A DNA stretch of 64,000 nucleotides from Antechinus flavipes (Eukaryota). This document shows, piece after piece, positions 11,881-24,223 of this stretch. Below the pieces are notes generated by a model. The model made no database searches, was not told the DNA's origin, and was given only the letters and a program-made list of their open reading frames with translations. Positions within the stretch are counted from its first letter, which is position 1; each line of letters begins with the position of its first letter. The DNA lies in the NCBI RefSeq assembly GCF_016432865.1, contig NC_067399.1, forward strand, positions 485,894,001 to 485,958,000. Direction: 5' to 3'. Position numbers and translations under genes: made by a program.

Positions 11881-12259
11881 AAGAATAAGATACAGATGAA
11901 GAGATTCAGAAAAGTTGAGGGATTTACCAAAGGTCACAAAGGTCCTAAGCATCCTAGGTGAAATTTGAACTTAGGTCCTTTAAACCTAGAATACTGTGCT
12001 CTTTCCTTTGCACCAGAGTTGAATTCATTATTCAATCAAACCACAACAATTAGGGAAATCACACGGATTACATCCACTGGACACAAATGAATAAGATACA
12101 GATGAAGAGATTCAGAAAAATTGAGGAATTTACCAAAGGTCACAAAGGTCCTAAGCATCCTAGGTGAAATTTGAACTTAGGTCCTTTAAACTTAGAATAC
12201 TGTGCTCTTTCCTTTGCACCAGAATTGAATTCATTATTCAATCAGACCACAACAATTAG
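11842..12259. repeat. Tandem duplication, 212 bp + 206 bp
   Basis: Copies 11842-12053 and 12054-12259 differ by 6 substitutions and one 6-bp indel (aataag). Confidence 0.95.
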
Positions 12260-12316
12260 TTTTCTAGAATGTGTACTCAACTTGCTTTGCAGTTCTCATG
12301 ATAAAGAACTGTGTAT

Positions 12317-12485
12317 GGGTACATCTAGGTAGCGCAGTGGATAGAGCACCAGTCCTGAAGTCAGGAGGACCTGAGTCCAAATCTGACTTCAGACACTTTA
12401 ACATCGCTTAGCTGTGTGACCATGGGCAAGTCACTTAACCCCAATTGCCTCAGCAGGAAAAAAAGAAAAAAAAAAAAAAAAAAAA
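12317..12485 (+). mobile_element. WSINE1-like SINE
   Basis: gggtacatctaggtagcgcagtggatagagcaccag...ccccaattgcctcagc plus long A-tail; aaaga(a/g)ctgtg on both flanks. Confidence 0.85.
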
Positions 12486-12759
12486 GAGCTGTGATTGCCC
12501 TTTGATCCAATAGTATTCCTGATAAAGATAACTGTAACATATGTCCTAATGTATTACAAAAGAAGTTCCTGATGGAGAACTTCAACAAAGAACACAATGA
12601 GATCCTTCAAACAGAGTCAACACATGACATAATTTAAGGCAAAAAAAAGGCATAGGAATACAATGAAAAGTTCATTAGAGATGCTATTAAGGGGGAAAAA
12701 AAGACTAACTACTAAGAAACCTCAGAACTATATTTGTAATAACTTATTAAATATAAGAG

Positions 12760-12985
12760 GCAACCAGTTAGAACAGTGGATAAAGTGCTGGGCTTGGAGT
12801 CAGAAGACCTGAGTTCAAATTCAGCCTCTGAAACTCATTAGCTGTGCAATGTTGGGTAAGTTAATTAATCAGTTTGCCACTTGGGAAGAAATGGTAAACT
12901 ACTGGTATCTTTGCTAAAAAAAACTCCATGCACAGAAGTCTTCAGGGTGACAAAGAATGGGATATGACTGAAACAACTGAATGAC
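12760..12985 (+). mobile_element. MAR1-type CORE SINE
   Basis: tRNA-like head, CORE and tail gatatgactgaaacaactga. Confidence 0.75.
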
Positions 12986-13975
12986 ATTAACTGCAAAGAA
13001 TAAAAAAAGGTGTTTTTTTTTTTTTTTTTTGCTGGAGTTATCAATTAAAACTTTTAATTTGTCCTCAATTCAGTAACAATTTAATGACTCTAAATATTGA
13101 GATGATATAACCAAATCATGATCTATTATGCTAGAAACTACTAAACAGTTATTAAAAAGGAAAACTATGAAGATTGTCTTTAAGTGGAAATATAAGTGAA
13201 ATGATTTAAAATGGAAAACAATTCTGACAATACTATAAGAGCATGCTTTATAACAGATAAAACCTGAACTAGTAATCTGGTGAACTAGATTCTAATGCTA
13301 GCAACGTCACTACTTATGTCACCTTGGACAAACTATTTTACTCTAAGAGTCACTATCGTCAGCTCTCAAATGAGGGGATTTGACAGGATCTCAAAAGTTA
13401 TTTTCTGTTCCATGATCTTTATCCTTGTGGCACTCTAAACAAAAGAGGAGAAAGATGGAAAAGGTGATCGATTTAGATTTCAGGGAACCTGGGTTTCAAC
13501 TTGAGCTCAGCTACTACATGCTTGATCTTGGATAAATCACTTAAGATCAGTTTCTTCATGAGCAAATGACAAGGTTGGACTAAGTAAAAGTTAGGTCTCT
13601 TCCATTCTAAATATATGTTAATAACTATTTGAATGAAATTTGAAGTGTTATGAAATCTATTAATTAGATTTTTTTCATGGAGATATAACATTGCTTAAGC
13701 TCATAATGAAAAAGTTAATTTAAATTTTTACTTCAGAATACAAATTGTAACTTTTTTTTTAGCAACAAAAGGAGTTTCAATTGATCAAGACCTGTAATTT
13801 TTTGAATGAAGGAATTAAATAGCTGAGGCACTTACAGAAAATCAGGCATCTTAACTAGTTAATAACCTATTTGTGGAATTGTGAACATAAAGAAAATGAA
13901 ATTAGATTAGTGCCTAAAGAACTGCGATTTGCAAACTACAAGTTTTCCACTTTGCAAGCTTTTAAAGACACTTAC

Positions 13976-14184
13976 CTTTACTCTTCTTCGTTTTTTTTCC
14001 TTTTCTTCCCCTGGGACCTGCTTTTCTCCTTTCTTCCTCTTTTTTCTCTTTCTGTCTTTATGTTTCTCATGATCTGTTTTGTCATCAAAGAGGCTTGAAT
14101 CATGTCCTGAACTGCCTGTGGAGAGCTCTGTGACTTCATTTCCTCCTACTTTCAGTACTAACTTCAAAGGTTTTTCCACATACT
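13976..14184 (-). CDS. BRD7: BRD7 exon 2 (209 nt), basic NLS-rich N-terminal region
   Basis: (E)YVEKPLKLVLKVGGNEVTELSTGSSGHDSSLFDDKTDHEKHKDRKRKKRKKGEKQVPGEEKEKKRRRVK matches my recollection of mammalian BRD7; polypyrimidine tract and AG acceptor at 14186-14185; GTAAGT donor starting 13975; 49+209 nt = 86 codons, in frame. Confidence 0.97.
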
Positions 14185-15544
14185 CTTAAAAAAGAAAAAA
14201 AAGGAATGAAACAAGATTAAAACAAAACTCCAAGCCTCTTAAGAATGAAACTAGATGCATTAAAAATATAATTTGGGGTACTGTGGCCATTCTTCTAGGC
14301 AGTTTGATGAAGTCTAAGGTTTGATATAAATAGTAAAATAATTTCTGTATCTATATACATCAAAGGGTAGAGACCTGATTAAAATTATTTTGATAACATA
14401 CAAAATGATCAGTGAACCAAATGTATGCCAGTGAAATGAAAGAGTCTTTCCCAAGTTTTGAACTGGTTTATCTTTGGGGGACTGGAAAACTAACACCAAC
14501 TTACTGTTACTAATAAAACCTGGCTATCATTTTTGAGATTATTTTATTAAATTCAAAAATATTCACTGAGCTGTAATAGTTACAGGAGCATAACGAGAAA
14601 GACAAAAGGATTTAGAGACAGAAGACCTGGGTTACAGGCCTTGTTCTACTGGCTGTATTTTGAACATGAATGGGCAAATCACTTGACTTCTCGAAGGCCT
14701 CAGTTTTCCCTCCTGTAAAACAGGGATAACCACACTTCTGAGCTCTTCCTTGCAGGGTTGCTATGCTACAAAACATTATAGAAACATGACCCATAATTAC
14801 TGGGACTACTTCAGCCATATCCAGTAAGGCCCCAGAAACCCAAACACACCTTCCCAAGGTGCTATCCTTCCTCCCTCCACTCAGTCCCGCCGTGTCAGAT
14901 TCATCCCCATCTCCTTCCCTCCTCCCCGAAAGCTAATCTATATCCTTTTAGACCTCAACTTGATTCGGTTCAACGTTTATTAAGAAACTTTTACAAGTTT
15001 GCTAGGAACAGAGGGGTGGGGGTGGGGGTGACAAACACCGGAACAACAGCAGCTCCGGCTTTTCATACACTTGGGGGGGGGGGGGGAGAGAAAGAGAGGG
15101 AGTAGGGGGAGGGACTTTTCCCCAGTCAATAACCTCCCCTCTGGGCCGTCTCCCCTCCTGTCAGACCTTCCCCCCCCAGGCCGTCACGTCAGATCCACCG
15201 GTCGAAAGTTCTCCTCAGTCCCCCGTTCCTCTCTCTCACTCAAATTCAATCCTGTTCTTTTCCACAAGCATTTATTTAGCATCTACGAGGTGCCAGACGC
15301 TGGGAATACCAAAACAAAAGAAACCATTCCTGCCCTCAGGGAGCTTCCAGTCCTTTTTCGCAGCGTCTCCTCATTCCCTTTCTCTTCCTCCGAGGCCTCC
15401 CGCCCTTGGACTCTAGTCCCCTCAGTTCCCCGATCTCCTTAGTCTCTAGGGGCGCCTTGGGTTCCCCTCCTCCTCCCATCCTCCGCCCTCTTCGGTTTCC
15501 CGCCCGGCTCCCTCAGGGCCCGCGGCCGCGGCCGGGCCGCTCAC

Positions 15545-15593
15545 CCTCATAGAGGTGCTTGTCTGACTTGTGCTTCTTATGCTTCTTGCCCAT
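15545..15593 (-). CDS. BRD7: BRD7 exon 1 coding part (49 nt)
   Basis: ATG in strong context (gccgacATGG) reads MGKKHKKHKSDKHLYE+G; GTGAGC donor starting 15544; 1360-nt intron 1; phase fits exon 2. Confidence 0.97.
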
Positions 15594-15979
15594 GTCGGCC
15601 CGGGCCCCGGTGCCCGCCCCCCGCGCCAGGCCCAGGCCGCACCGCTTCCGGCCCGGGGAGCGAAGCCCCGGAGCCGGAGGGAACGAGGGAGGGACGGAGG
15701 GAGCGAGCGAAAGAGCGAGCGAGAACGAGGCCGGAGATCCGGAGGAGCCAGCGAGACGACGAGCGGGGAGAGCCAGCTAGCAGGGGCAGAGAGGGAGGGC
15801 CCGTTCAGCGCGCTGAGGGTCGGGGCGTTGCGTCACATCGCCCTCTCGCGTCCGGAGGTCGCGCTGCAGCCTGCGCCTCTGTACATCAGACAAGCGGGCG
15901 CTGCTGGGTATGACTGGGCAGAGCACAGGAGGAGGATGCAACCCCAGAAGCAGAAAAACTCAGGAAAAAAAGAGGCAGC

Positions 15980-16046
15980 GAGAGACACACACACGCACAC
16001 ACAGACACAGAGACAGAGAGAGGGAGACAGAGACACACGGAGAGAG
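15980..16046. repeat. Compound (GA)n/(CA)n microsatellite in the promoter
   Basis: agagacacacacacgcacacacagacacagagacagagagagggagacagagacacacggagagag. Confidence 0.85.
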
Positions 16047-18945
16047 ACCTCCATTTCATTAAGAGTTTGCAGCTTTAAATGGGTACCGGACCCAGGTTCC
16101 GGCTCGTCCCGGCGAGTGTGGGAGGCCGCGGGTCCCCGCGCCGCCCGTCCCGGCGTCTGAGGGCGGCTGCACCGCTGCCTTGGTAAGGGAGTGCCTCAGG
16201 GCAGTTCCTCACACGGGCAGGGCGCGTTGGTGTGCCTTCCTCTGTGCCGGGCGCGCAGAGTCAGACAAGGAGGCACGTCCTTCTCTGAAGGGTCTCCCAG
16301 TGAGTGGGGGGGCAGCATGAACTACAGACAGACAAGATCTGTTCAGGATAAGCTGCAGGTAATCAGCTAAGGGCAGAAGTAGGGTCTGGACCCCAAGCAA
16401 TAAGACTAATGAAATCCTTTGAGGAAGGGGGAAAGGCCCTGGAAAATGATTGTTCTGTTCATAGGTACAAAATCCCCATGTGGTTTGTGTCTCAGCCAAA
16501 TCAGCTTGATTTCAGAAGATTATCGGGGATTATCATTATCACCTGATAGACTATTAGATCTGGAAAGGGCCTTAGAGACTTTCTAGTCAAATCCTCCTCT
16601 TTCATTGATGAGGGCCCTGAGGCCCAGCAAAGGGAAATTATTTGCTGCGCTGCTTAGGGTCAAGACTGGCTGGGCCAGAATCCTGCTATCCTGAATGCTT
16701 CCCATGGGCTCTGTCATTTGGACCCAATACTGACTCTTACTATTATTTGTACAATTCAGACTAAGCTCTTTGTGATACTTGCCTCTTTTATCCCTACCTC
16801 TCCTTATTCCATCTTAATTTTGAAGACAGAAAACCAATGCCAGAGAAATGAAAATATTTGCTCAGGGTCCTACAGTAAAATAAGCATCTAGGTGGCCTAG
16901 TGTATAGAATGCTGGATTTGGAATCAGGAAGACCTGACTTCAAATTCTGCTCCACTCTTATTAGTTGTGTGACGCTGAGCATGGTATGGAGACTTAGTTT
17001 CCTCATCTGTAAAATGGGAATATAATCCTTACTTTGTAGAATCAAGTGAGATAATATATGTAAAGGATTTTGCAAACTTCAAAGTACTTGATATTATTAG
17101 AGGTAGAATTAAGATGTGAACTCAGCTCTCCTGATACTCAGACCAATCCCCTTTCTACTTAGATCCCACAACCTGAAAAATGCTCTGATTTATATTTTTC
17201 CTGCATTCATATTGTTCTACTTATCATTGATAATGCTGCTCCTCTTTCTGCTTTTATTGATTAATTACATATATGTAGTACTTCTTGATCTAGCTTATAA
17301 CTATTTGATCCTCAAAACAACCCCATAGAGTAAGCAGGGGGGGAATTGTTACCCTCACTTTTCAGCTAGGAAGCTCAGACACAGACAAGTGAAATGGTTA
17401 GTAGGAGGTTACATAGTAAGTTCTAATAGTAATGTCATTAGTGTACAGAATGGCCAAATTGTGGTGGTGGTATTTTTTTTGTTGTTGTTGTTATTTTTTT
17501 AACTCTTGGTTTCAGAAAAGCTGGGGTCTGTTGAGCTGGTCTAAAGGAATTGTCACCAATATTACCAGCCTGTCCTTGGCTCTGGTAAAAAAGGATACAG
17601 GAGAAAATTATTGTGGGGTAGCATGTCCTTCAGCTATGTTTCCATAGCAACCTGGAGATGTAACCCAGGTGGAGCATTTGGGTTCAGGAAAAAAGGCCTC
17701 TGTTTGTTGGCTTTTATAGAAAAGAAGGGAAAAAATTAGATGAAATCTTGTTCTCTTCTTCTTCTTCATTAATTACTCATTGAAGAAATTTATAAGGGAA
17801 AATATTTTCCAGAAGGCTTATATTTGGTGGTGAGTATTTCTCAGGCTTACATACATGTTTCTTGGGATTCCATGGATAGGAAGGAGAAGAATATGAGTAG
17901 CTGCAAGGTAGTTGAAAACCAGAACCTGGAGATGGGATTGGGGGAGCAGATAGTGTGTTAATTGAAGAGCAGGTTGGGGATGGTCATCCCAAAGGAAGGG
18001 ACAGATACTCCCCAGAGAGGAATATAAAGTAGATTTTATCAGGTTCCAATAATTGTTTTTCTCTATTTTACTACATAACACTGAAAGATATTTCACCAGA
18101 ACCAAAGTTATCTATAAATCTGCACTAAGCTACCATTTTTGCTTTGTGGAGAAGATCCAAAGCCATAATTGTTCTTCACACTTCTGAAGGGAGTAGTCCA
18201 TTAGCTGAGTGGATACTAGAGTCTGGAATGGCCCTATTTAATAATTATAAAATTGGCAAAGTTTATCCTTGACATTTATGGCAGAAGGGTAAGCTCCCCC
18301 TTCCCTATACCTCAGGGCTATTGTGATATCAAGGCACTTACTATCAGAATTTAAATCTCATTAATTAATTTACACTGAGGCCTTAGGGATTTTGTATAAC
18401 CTTTCCTAGGGATACTTGTATTTCATAGGATCATGGACCTAAAGCTAGAATGGATCTTCCAGGTCATCTAGTTCAGCACTGATTTTTACAAATGAGGGAA
18501 CTGAATCCCAGAGAAGTAAACAGTTTGCTCAAAATCACTCTGGACTTTAGGTACTGTGACTTCAAGAAAGACTTTAGTACTCTTTCTACAGGGCCATACT
18601 GTCTCTCCAGGGAGGGTAATGCCAAAGCAATGAATTTTGAATATCAGAACTTCAGGTACTATAGTACCCAGAATAGGGGAGAGGGTAGGATATATGGGAT
18701 CAGGAATAATCCTCCCAGAATTTCTCAAATACCATGTTTGGTAATTATCTAATGTAGACATTGTCCTTGGTTTGGGAATAATTAATTTTTTTTTTTTTTT
18801 TAGTTTGGCTAATGGTCCCCAGTTAAATTTTATTTTATTTTCAGTTCCAAATTTCCTCTCTCTCCCTCCCCCACCCTTAGCCATTGAGAAGGTAAGAAAA
18901 ACAAAGCCCATTACAAGTGAAATTCTCTTTATTACCTGTGTTGAC

Positions 18946-19000
<55 letters not shown>

Positions 19001-19150
19001 AAAAGAAAGAAAGAAGCAAGGAAAAAGAAAGAAGGGAAAGAGGAAAGTAAGAAAGGGAGGGGAAAAAAGGAGGGAAGAAGAAAGGAAGGAAGGAAGGAAG
19101 GAAAAAGAAGAAAGAAGGGAAGGAGAAAAGGAAAGGAAGGAAAAGAAAAT
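18946..19150. repeat. (AAAG)n microsatellite grading into an (AAGG)n purine tract
   Basis: Over 10 perfect GAAA units followed by about 140 bp of almost pure A/G. Confidence 0.95.
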
Positions 19151-19159
19151 AAATTTCAA

Positions 19160-19435
19160 TTTGCACTCTGAGTTATTTGGAAGTAGATCGTATGTTTCGT
19201 CATGGGTCTTTTGAAATTATGATAGGTCATTTTGTTGATCAGAATTACTGAGAATTACAACTTTCAGAGTTGATCTTAAGATATTGTTATTGTACAAACC
19301 ATTCTTTTGGTTCTACTTACTCTATTTTGCATCTGTTTATTCAAGTCTTCTTTTTTGGAAACCATCACTTTTATCATTTCTTTTAACAGGACAGTATTCC
19401 ATCATTCATATGCAAAACTTGATCAGCCATTCATG
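19160..19435 (-). mobile_element. Old L1 3' fragment
   Basis: ctattttgcatctgtttattcaagtcttc...gtattccatcattcatatgcaaaacttgatcagccattc; the purine tract is probably its derived tail. Confidence 0.6.
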
Positions 19436-19539
19436 TGGGGATAATTGAAGGAAAAGGAACTAGTGGCCTTTTTCTTGTGTGTAGTCTTTGCAGGTGTTCA
19501 TAAAAGAGAAAGTTATAATCTATCCTCCACATATCTGCT

Positions 19540-20280
19540 AACCTGACATTCCTAAAACACAGCTCTGACCATGTTCCTTACTCAATTCAGTAAACTCCAG
19601 TGGCTCCCTAATGCTTCTAAAATAAAATAGAAATTCCTGTTTGGTATTTAAAGCCCTTCAGAATCTATGTCCAACTTATCTTTCCAGGTATTGTATTTTA
19701 CTATATTATTGTATTAATATACATGCTCTTTATCTTTAAGCTAACCTCAACTATTTTCTATCCCTCCTATAAAGGGATGGTCAGGTAATTGTTTAACAAT
19801 TGGCATTCTGAAAAAAAATGCAGGACACACTTTTAAGTTCAATCTATACCATTAACCTTTTCTCCATTCCTTTCTTAAATCTGGGCAATCCAAAAAGTAA
19901 TAAATCCGGTCTTGATTTGTAGTGATTTCTGATATATAAATGCTTGCACTGAAAATGTAATAATCAGTTACAGACTCTAGCATATCCCTGTAAGAAATTT
20001 CATTTCCCTTTTGTCCTTGTACAGATTATCACCCATCTCTAAATGCATTCCTTCCTCACCTCTACTTTTTACAATTCCCAGATTCCTTATGAAGGACTGT
20101 CTCTTCAGGAGACCTTTATTAATCTCCTAGCTATTAGTATCTCATTTATTTATTTTTGTATATACTTAGATATGTATAGGTTCTTTGTCTAAATAGCATA
20201 TTAATTCCTTGGAGGAAAGATGATTTCATTGGATCAGTGTATCCCAGGGCCTACTTGAATAAGTTCTTGTTGCTTGCTAG
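19540..20280 (+). mobile_element. L2 3' remnant interrupted by a MITE
   Basis: aaactccagtggctccctaatg...gtgtatcccagggcctac...aataagttcttgttg. Confidence 0.6.
19772..19989. mobile_element. hAT (Tip100-like) MITE
   Basis: Degenerate ends agggatggtcaggtaattgtttaaca / ctagcatatccctg; internal ttgatttgtagtgatttctga...gcactgaaaat. Confidence 0.6.
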
Positions 20281-20288
20281 GTTGATAA

Positions 20289-20495
20289 CAGAGGTTCTTA
20301 GCTGTTAGAGGCCTCTTATAGACAGTTTGGTGAAACTGTGGACCCTTTTACTGAATAATGTTTTTAAAAACATAAGATAAAATATATAAGATTACAAAGG
20401 AAACCAATTATGCTGAAATACAGTTATCAAAATATTTAAAAATGTTTAACATAAAAATATTTAAAAGTCCAAGAACCCAAGGTTAAGAGACCTTA
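20289..20495. mobile_element. hAT-Charlie (MER5-like) MITE
   Basis: TIR-like cagaggttctta ... ggttaagagacct; internal aagattacaaaggaaaccaattat. Confidence 0.65.
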
Positions 20496-20977
20496 AGCTA
20501 TATGGAACAGATAAACGTGTTTCTGGTTATTAATCAGTGCTGCCTTGGCATTACCATATACTTCAGAGGGGTGGATTCCTCTAATTTCTTTAGAGGGATT
20601 ATAAAATCTTTTGGTTTCATAGCTCTAGAGTTGGGAAAGACCTGGGGACAATTCAGTTAAACTTCCTTATTGAAAAAATGTGCAACATATGGAGATTAAA
20701 GGACTTGTTTAAATTCATACAGGTACTAAGTGGCAGAAGTGAAATTTGAATCCAGGTCTAGTATGGGTTCAATTCTTAGTAAGGAGGTAATAGGAAGGTT
20801 TGATGTTTTTAGAGCTAGATGAGAGGATGGATTGGTGGGCAGGAGTGCCGGGTTCTAGTATCTGCTTTGCCACTATTTTACTGTGTAACTTTGGGAGAGC
20901 CACCTTGCCCCTCATTGAGTGTAAGAGAAAGCATTTGGACAAGATGATCTCTAAGGATTCTTTGAATATTAAATCCC

Positions 20978-21140
20978 AAAGCTGTCAAACTCAGAAACAG
21001 ATTCTTGTGAGCCCCAGAATGATACAGAAAACCACAAATTAACATTATCTACAGTGTGTTATATTTTTATTTATTTCATTAAATATTGCACAATTCCACT
21101 TTAATCTGGTTCGCCTGCAATTGGGAGTTTAGTAGACACT
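20978..21140. mobile_element. hAT-type MITE, same family as 8821-8965
   Basis: gctgtcaaactca...agaaaaccacaaattaacattatct...tttaatctggttc. Confidence 0.6.
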
Positions 21141-21954
21141 GATGAGTTTGATCACCTTTACTCTAAATTCCAGTGATTTCTCTGTTTTCTGGGTTGCAGG
21201 ATACTGGGGACTGGCCTTGTATCTAAAAGATATACAAGTGCTAGAATAGAGACAGCACAAAAAAAGATTAGGCCACTTGGTGGTGTGATACGCTCAGGGA
21301 AAGTCTCTGTGACATGCTCAACACAGTCCTGTCAGTGATACTTAGATGGGAAGCCAAGATGCCAAGTTGGTTTAACAAAGTAAAGAGAGTCTCTAACCCC
21401 ATGATACTGTGCATTTGTTTGTTTGTTTGAACAAGTGGAGCGGAAGGCAAAGGAAGACAAATATTGCATCCTTTCATGTCTTAGACTAGGTCATTCTCTG
21501 TCCAGAGGGACTGTGACTTCCTACATAAGAAAGAGCTGCTGCCCAGGATGTTTGGGCATCCATCCCATTAAGCTAGTTCCTCTGGTTCTCTGACCTGGAA
21601 CATGAGGTGTGGATGCTCCTATAGAAAAAAAAAAGGAAATAGCATGGGAGCTTGAACAATGCTCTTTTCCCATTCCAGTCCAATGAGAAAACAGAAGACA
21701 TCCACTCATGAAAGAGTTAGAATACAAACAGAATTTTGCATGACTTTTAATCAAAATTCCATTCATCTGTACTATATATTATATCCCTCTAGAAATTTTC
21801 ATATCCAGATTTTTGTTCCATCTTCACACACTCCATCCCAGGTACAAAGGGAAGAGGTTATGATCCCCATTTGACAAACAAAACTAATGAGTTTCCAAAA
21901 GATGAAATAATTGGCCCAAGATCACCAGGATCAAAGTTTAAGAAACCAAAGTTT

Positions 21955-22205
21955 AAGAAAAGTACATGTGTTTTCATTGTTGAGTTGTTTTCAGTCACAT
22001 CTAACTCTTTGTGACTCCTTTTGAAATTTTTTTTTTTTTTTTTTGGCAAACATACTTGAGTGGTTTGCCGTTTCCATCTCTAGCTCATTTTACAAATAAA
22101 GAAACTGAGGCAAATAGAGTCATATAACTAGTAAATGTCTGAGTCTGGATTTGAACTCAGGAAGATGAATCCAAGGTTGGACACTCTACCTACTGCACCA
22201 TTTGT
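21955..22205 (-). mobile_element. MAR1-type SINE
   Basis: gagttgttttcagtcacatctaactctttgtgactcc...gagtggtttgccgtttcc...gaaactgaggcaaatag...tctacctactgcacc. Confidence 0.8.
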
Positions 22206-22209
22206 GTGC

Positions 22210-23450
22210 TAGGGGCTATGCTAATCACTTGGTTAGACAACAAAAGACAAGAACAGTTCATCCCCATATAAACAAGACATATGGACAATAGATGAAAAGT
22301 AAGCTGTAAGGGAAAGGCACTAGTGGTTCAGTGGACTGAGAAAAGACTGCTATGGTGATTTAGATTTGAGCAGAGTCATGAAGGACCAGGGAAACCAGGA
22401 GGTAAGGCAGCAGCCTGTTCAAATTGAAGTCTGGAGATGAATTGTTATTGTTTGAGAAATGGCAAATGGGCCCATGTGGCTGTATCATAGAGTATGTGAA
22501 AGGAGGTGGAGTGGAGTGAAGGTGAAAGGGAGAATACACCTTATACAGCTCTTATGTGGCAGGCACTGTGTTGAGTGCTTTACAAATGTGATCTCGTTTG
22601 ATCTTCATAACAACCCTGTGAGATAATTGCTGTTATTGTCCCTCACATTATAATTGAGGAAACTGGGGCAGAGATTAAGTGACTTCTGTGGTCACATAGT
22701 CTCTGGTGCTGGATGTAAATTCAGTCCAGACCCAGCTTCTCTTTATAACATCATCTAGTTACTAGAGGAGTAAATTATAATATAATTAGAATGATCAGAA
22801 GGGGTCAGGTTTTAAGGAAGTTAAATTCCAAATAGAATACTTTATATTTGAGAGGTAATATGGTCATACTCATACTTTAGAAAAGTCATGGAGAGGAGAG
22901 ATTATCTAGGAAAAGGTGATCACCACTGTCAAAGGCAGCAGAGGTAAAAAAGATGAGGATTGAGAAAATGAGGATTGTCAATTAAAATGCCATAGTAAAT
23001 TTTGGAAAGGCCATTTTCATTGAAATGATGGGATTGGAAGCCAGATTGTAGAGAGTTTAGAAGAAGCTGAGGACAGAAGAAGTGGAGTCACTGAAAGGAT
23101 AGATTTCAGAAGAAGTTTGGCCATGAAGGGGAGGAGAGATTATAGAATGATAGCTGTGAGAATGGTAAGAGCAAAGTGTTTATTATTATTATTATTATTA
23201 TTTTTGAAGATTGGAGAGACAAGTATATTTGTAACCACAGGGAAGGAGCCAATAAATTGAGAGAAACTGAACTTTAAAAAAGAAAAATGATAGTGGGGCT
23301 CTGTTGGAAGATTGGGAGAAGATGGTATTGAGGGTACCTGTAAAGAGGGTTAGTCTTGGCAAGGAGAAGTGAAGACCATCTCTTCATCTGAGTTCAAATG
23401 AAGGAGGAGATGGTAGGTCTGAATGATGTGAGATGAGGAAAGAAGGGTCA
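22210..23450 (-). mobile_element. L2 remnant (with nested MIR at about 22530-22760)
   Basis: Purine-rich L2 antisense text (ggaagccagattgtagagagtttagaaga). Confidence 0.6.
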
Positions 23451-24223
23451 TCTCTTGGCCAATGGTCATAATTTTCCTTTCCCGAAGCTGCATTTGAATG
23501 GTGGGAACTTAATGGAGTGGGATATTGATTAATTGAGAGGGGATACCCCTTCTATAGAAGGCCCTACCTACAATGTTAATGTAGATACAAAAGGTAGTGG
23601 TATTGTTTATACAATCCTTATACAAGTCCTTTTTGTGATTTCAAAGTCAAATCCTGACTTATTAGATGTACAGGGCTGAAACTAAAAAGGTGTACTTGAA
23701 TCTAAAAAGCTAATTACCCATTTGATGTGATGGTTCTATATATATATATTTAGATGGGATGGTGATGTGATGGCTCTCTTCACCATTTGTGCTTGCTGAA
23801 TGTCGTGGTGGTGAGGTAATCATAGGCAAAGATTGGAGGGCTAAGGGAGAGAGGGCAGAGTTGTCCTGTCACAGGATGAGGAGGAGACTTCAGGGTCTGG
23901 ACTCTAGAGTCCAGGATTCATCTTTGGCAAGCCAAATGGCAACTTGCCTGCCTCCTTCACTTCTCCCCCTAAAGACCAAGGACTTTGTTTGATCCTGACA
24001 CTGACTGATCCTGAGGCCCTCCAGAGAGCTAGATCAGACATTATAACTACCTGTGTGGCTACAGGAAAATTATTTACCTCTCTGAACTTTGATTTTCTCA
24101 TTTTAAAGACAAAGTAGTTGGACTTGATTATCTCTAATGGGCCTTTCAGCTCCAAATTTTATGAAACTCAACTTTATTGGTTTTCATTGGTGATATGGAT
24201 AGAGTGGGAAAACAAATGGTATT

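Larger units (their letters stand above)
15440..16260. promoter_or_regulatory. CpG island: BRD7 promoter and 5' UTR
   Basis: Dense CpG in an otherwise CpG-poor window; ETS-like GCTTCCGG at 15644-15651, GC-box-like GGGGCG and TGCGTCA (CRE/ATF half-site) near 15822-15834; no ATG on the minus strand between 15594 and about 15830. Confidence 0.88.

Noticed and set aside
12317-12400. tRNA-like A/B boxes
   Set aside because: Heads of WSINE1/MAR1 SINEs followed by CORE and A-tail, not tRNA genes.
13907-13975. ORF-track extension of BRD7 exon 2 (VSVFKSLQ...)
   Set aside because: Read-through past the GTAAGT donor; similarity to BRD7 ends at RRRVK.
1-13975. Search for BRD7 exon 3 (EDKKKRDRD...)
   Set aside because: No matching minus-strand exon seen by eye; it presumably lies left of the window, and a diverged exon could have been missed.
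15570-16160. 196-aa ORF antisense to BRD7 exon 1
   Set aside because: Starts at TTG, runs through the CpG island and a microsatellite (RDTHTHTQTQRQRE); a GC-driven open frame with no recognisable domain.
18486-19171. Long ORFs (226 aa and overlapping)
   Set aside because: Translations of the (AAAG)n tract (FFLSFFLS/KERKKER).
23548-23561. Perfect 14-bp palindrome ccttctatagaagg
   Set aside because: A few palindromes of this length are expected by chance in 64 kb.
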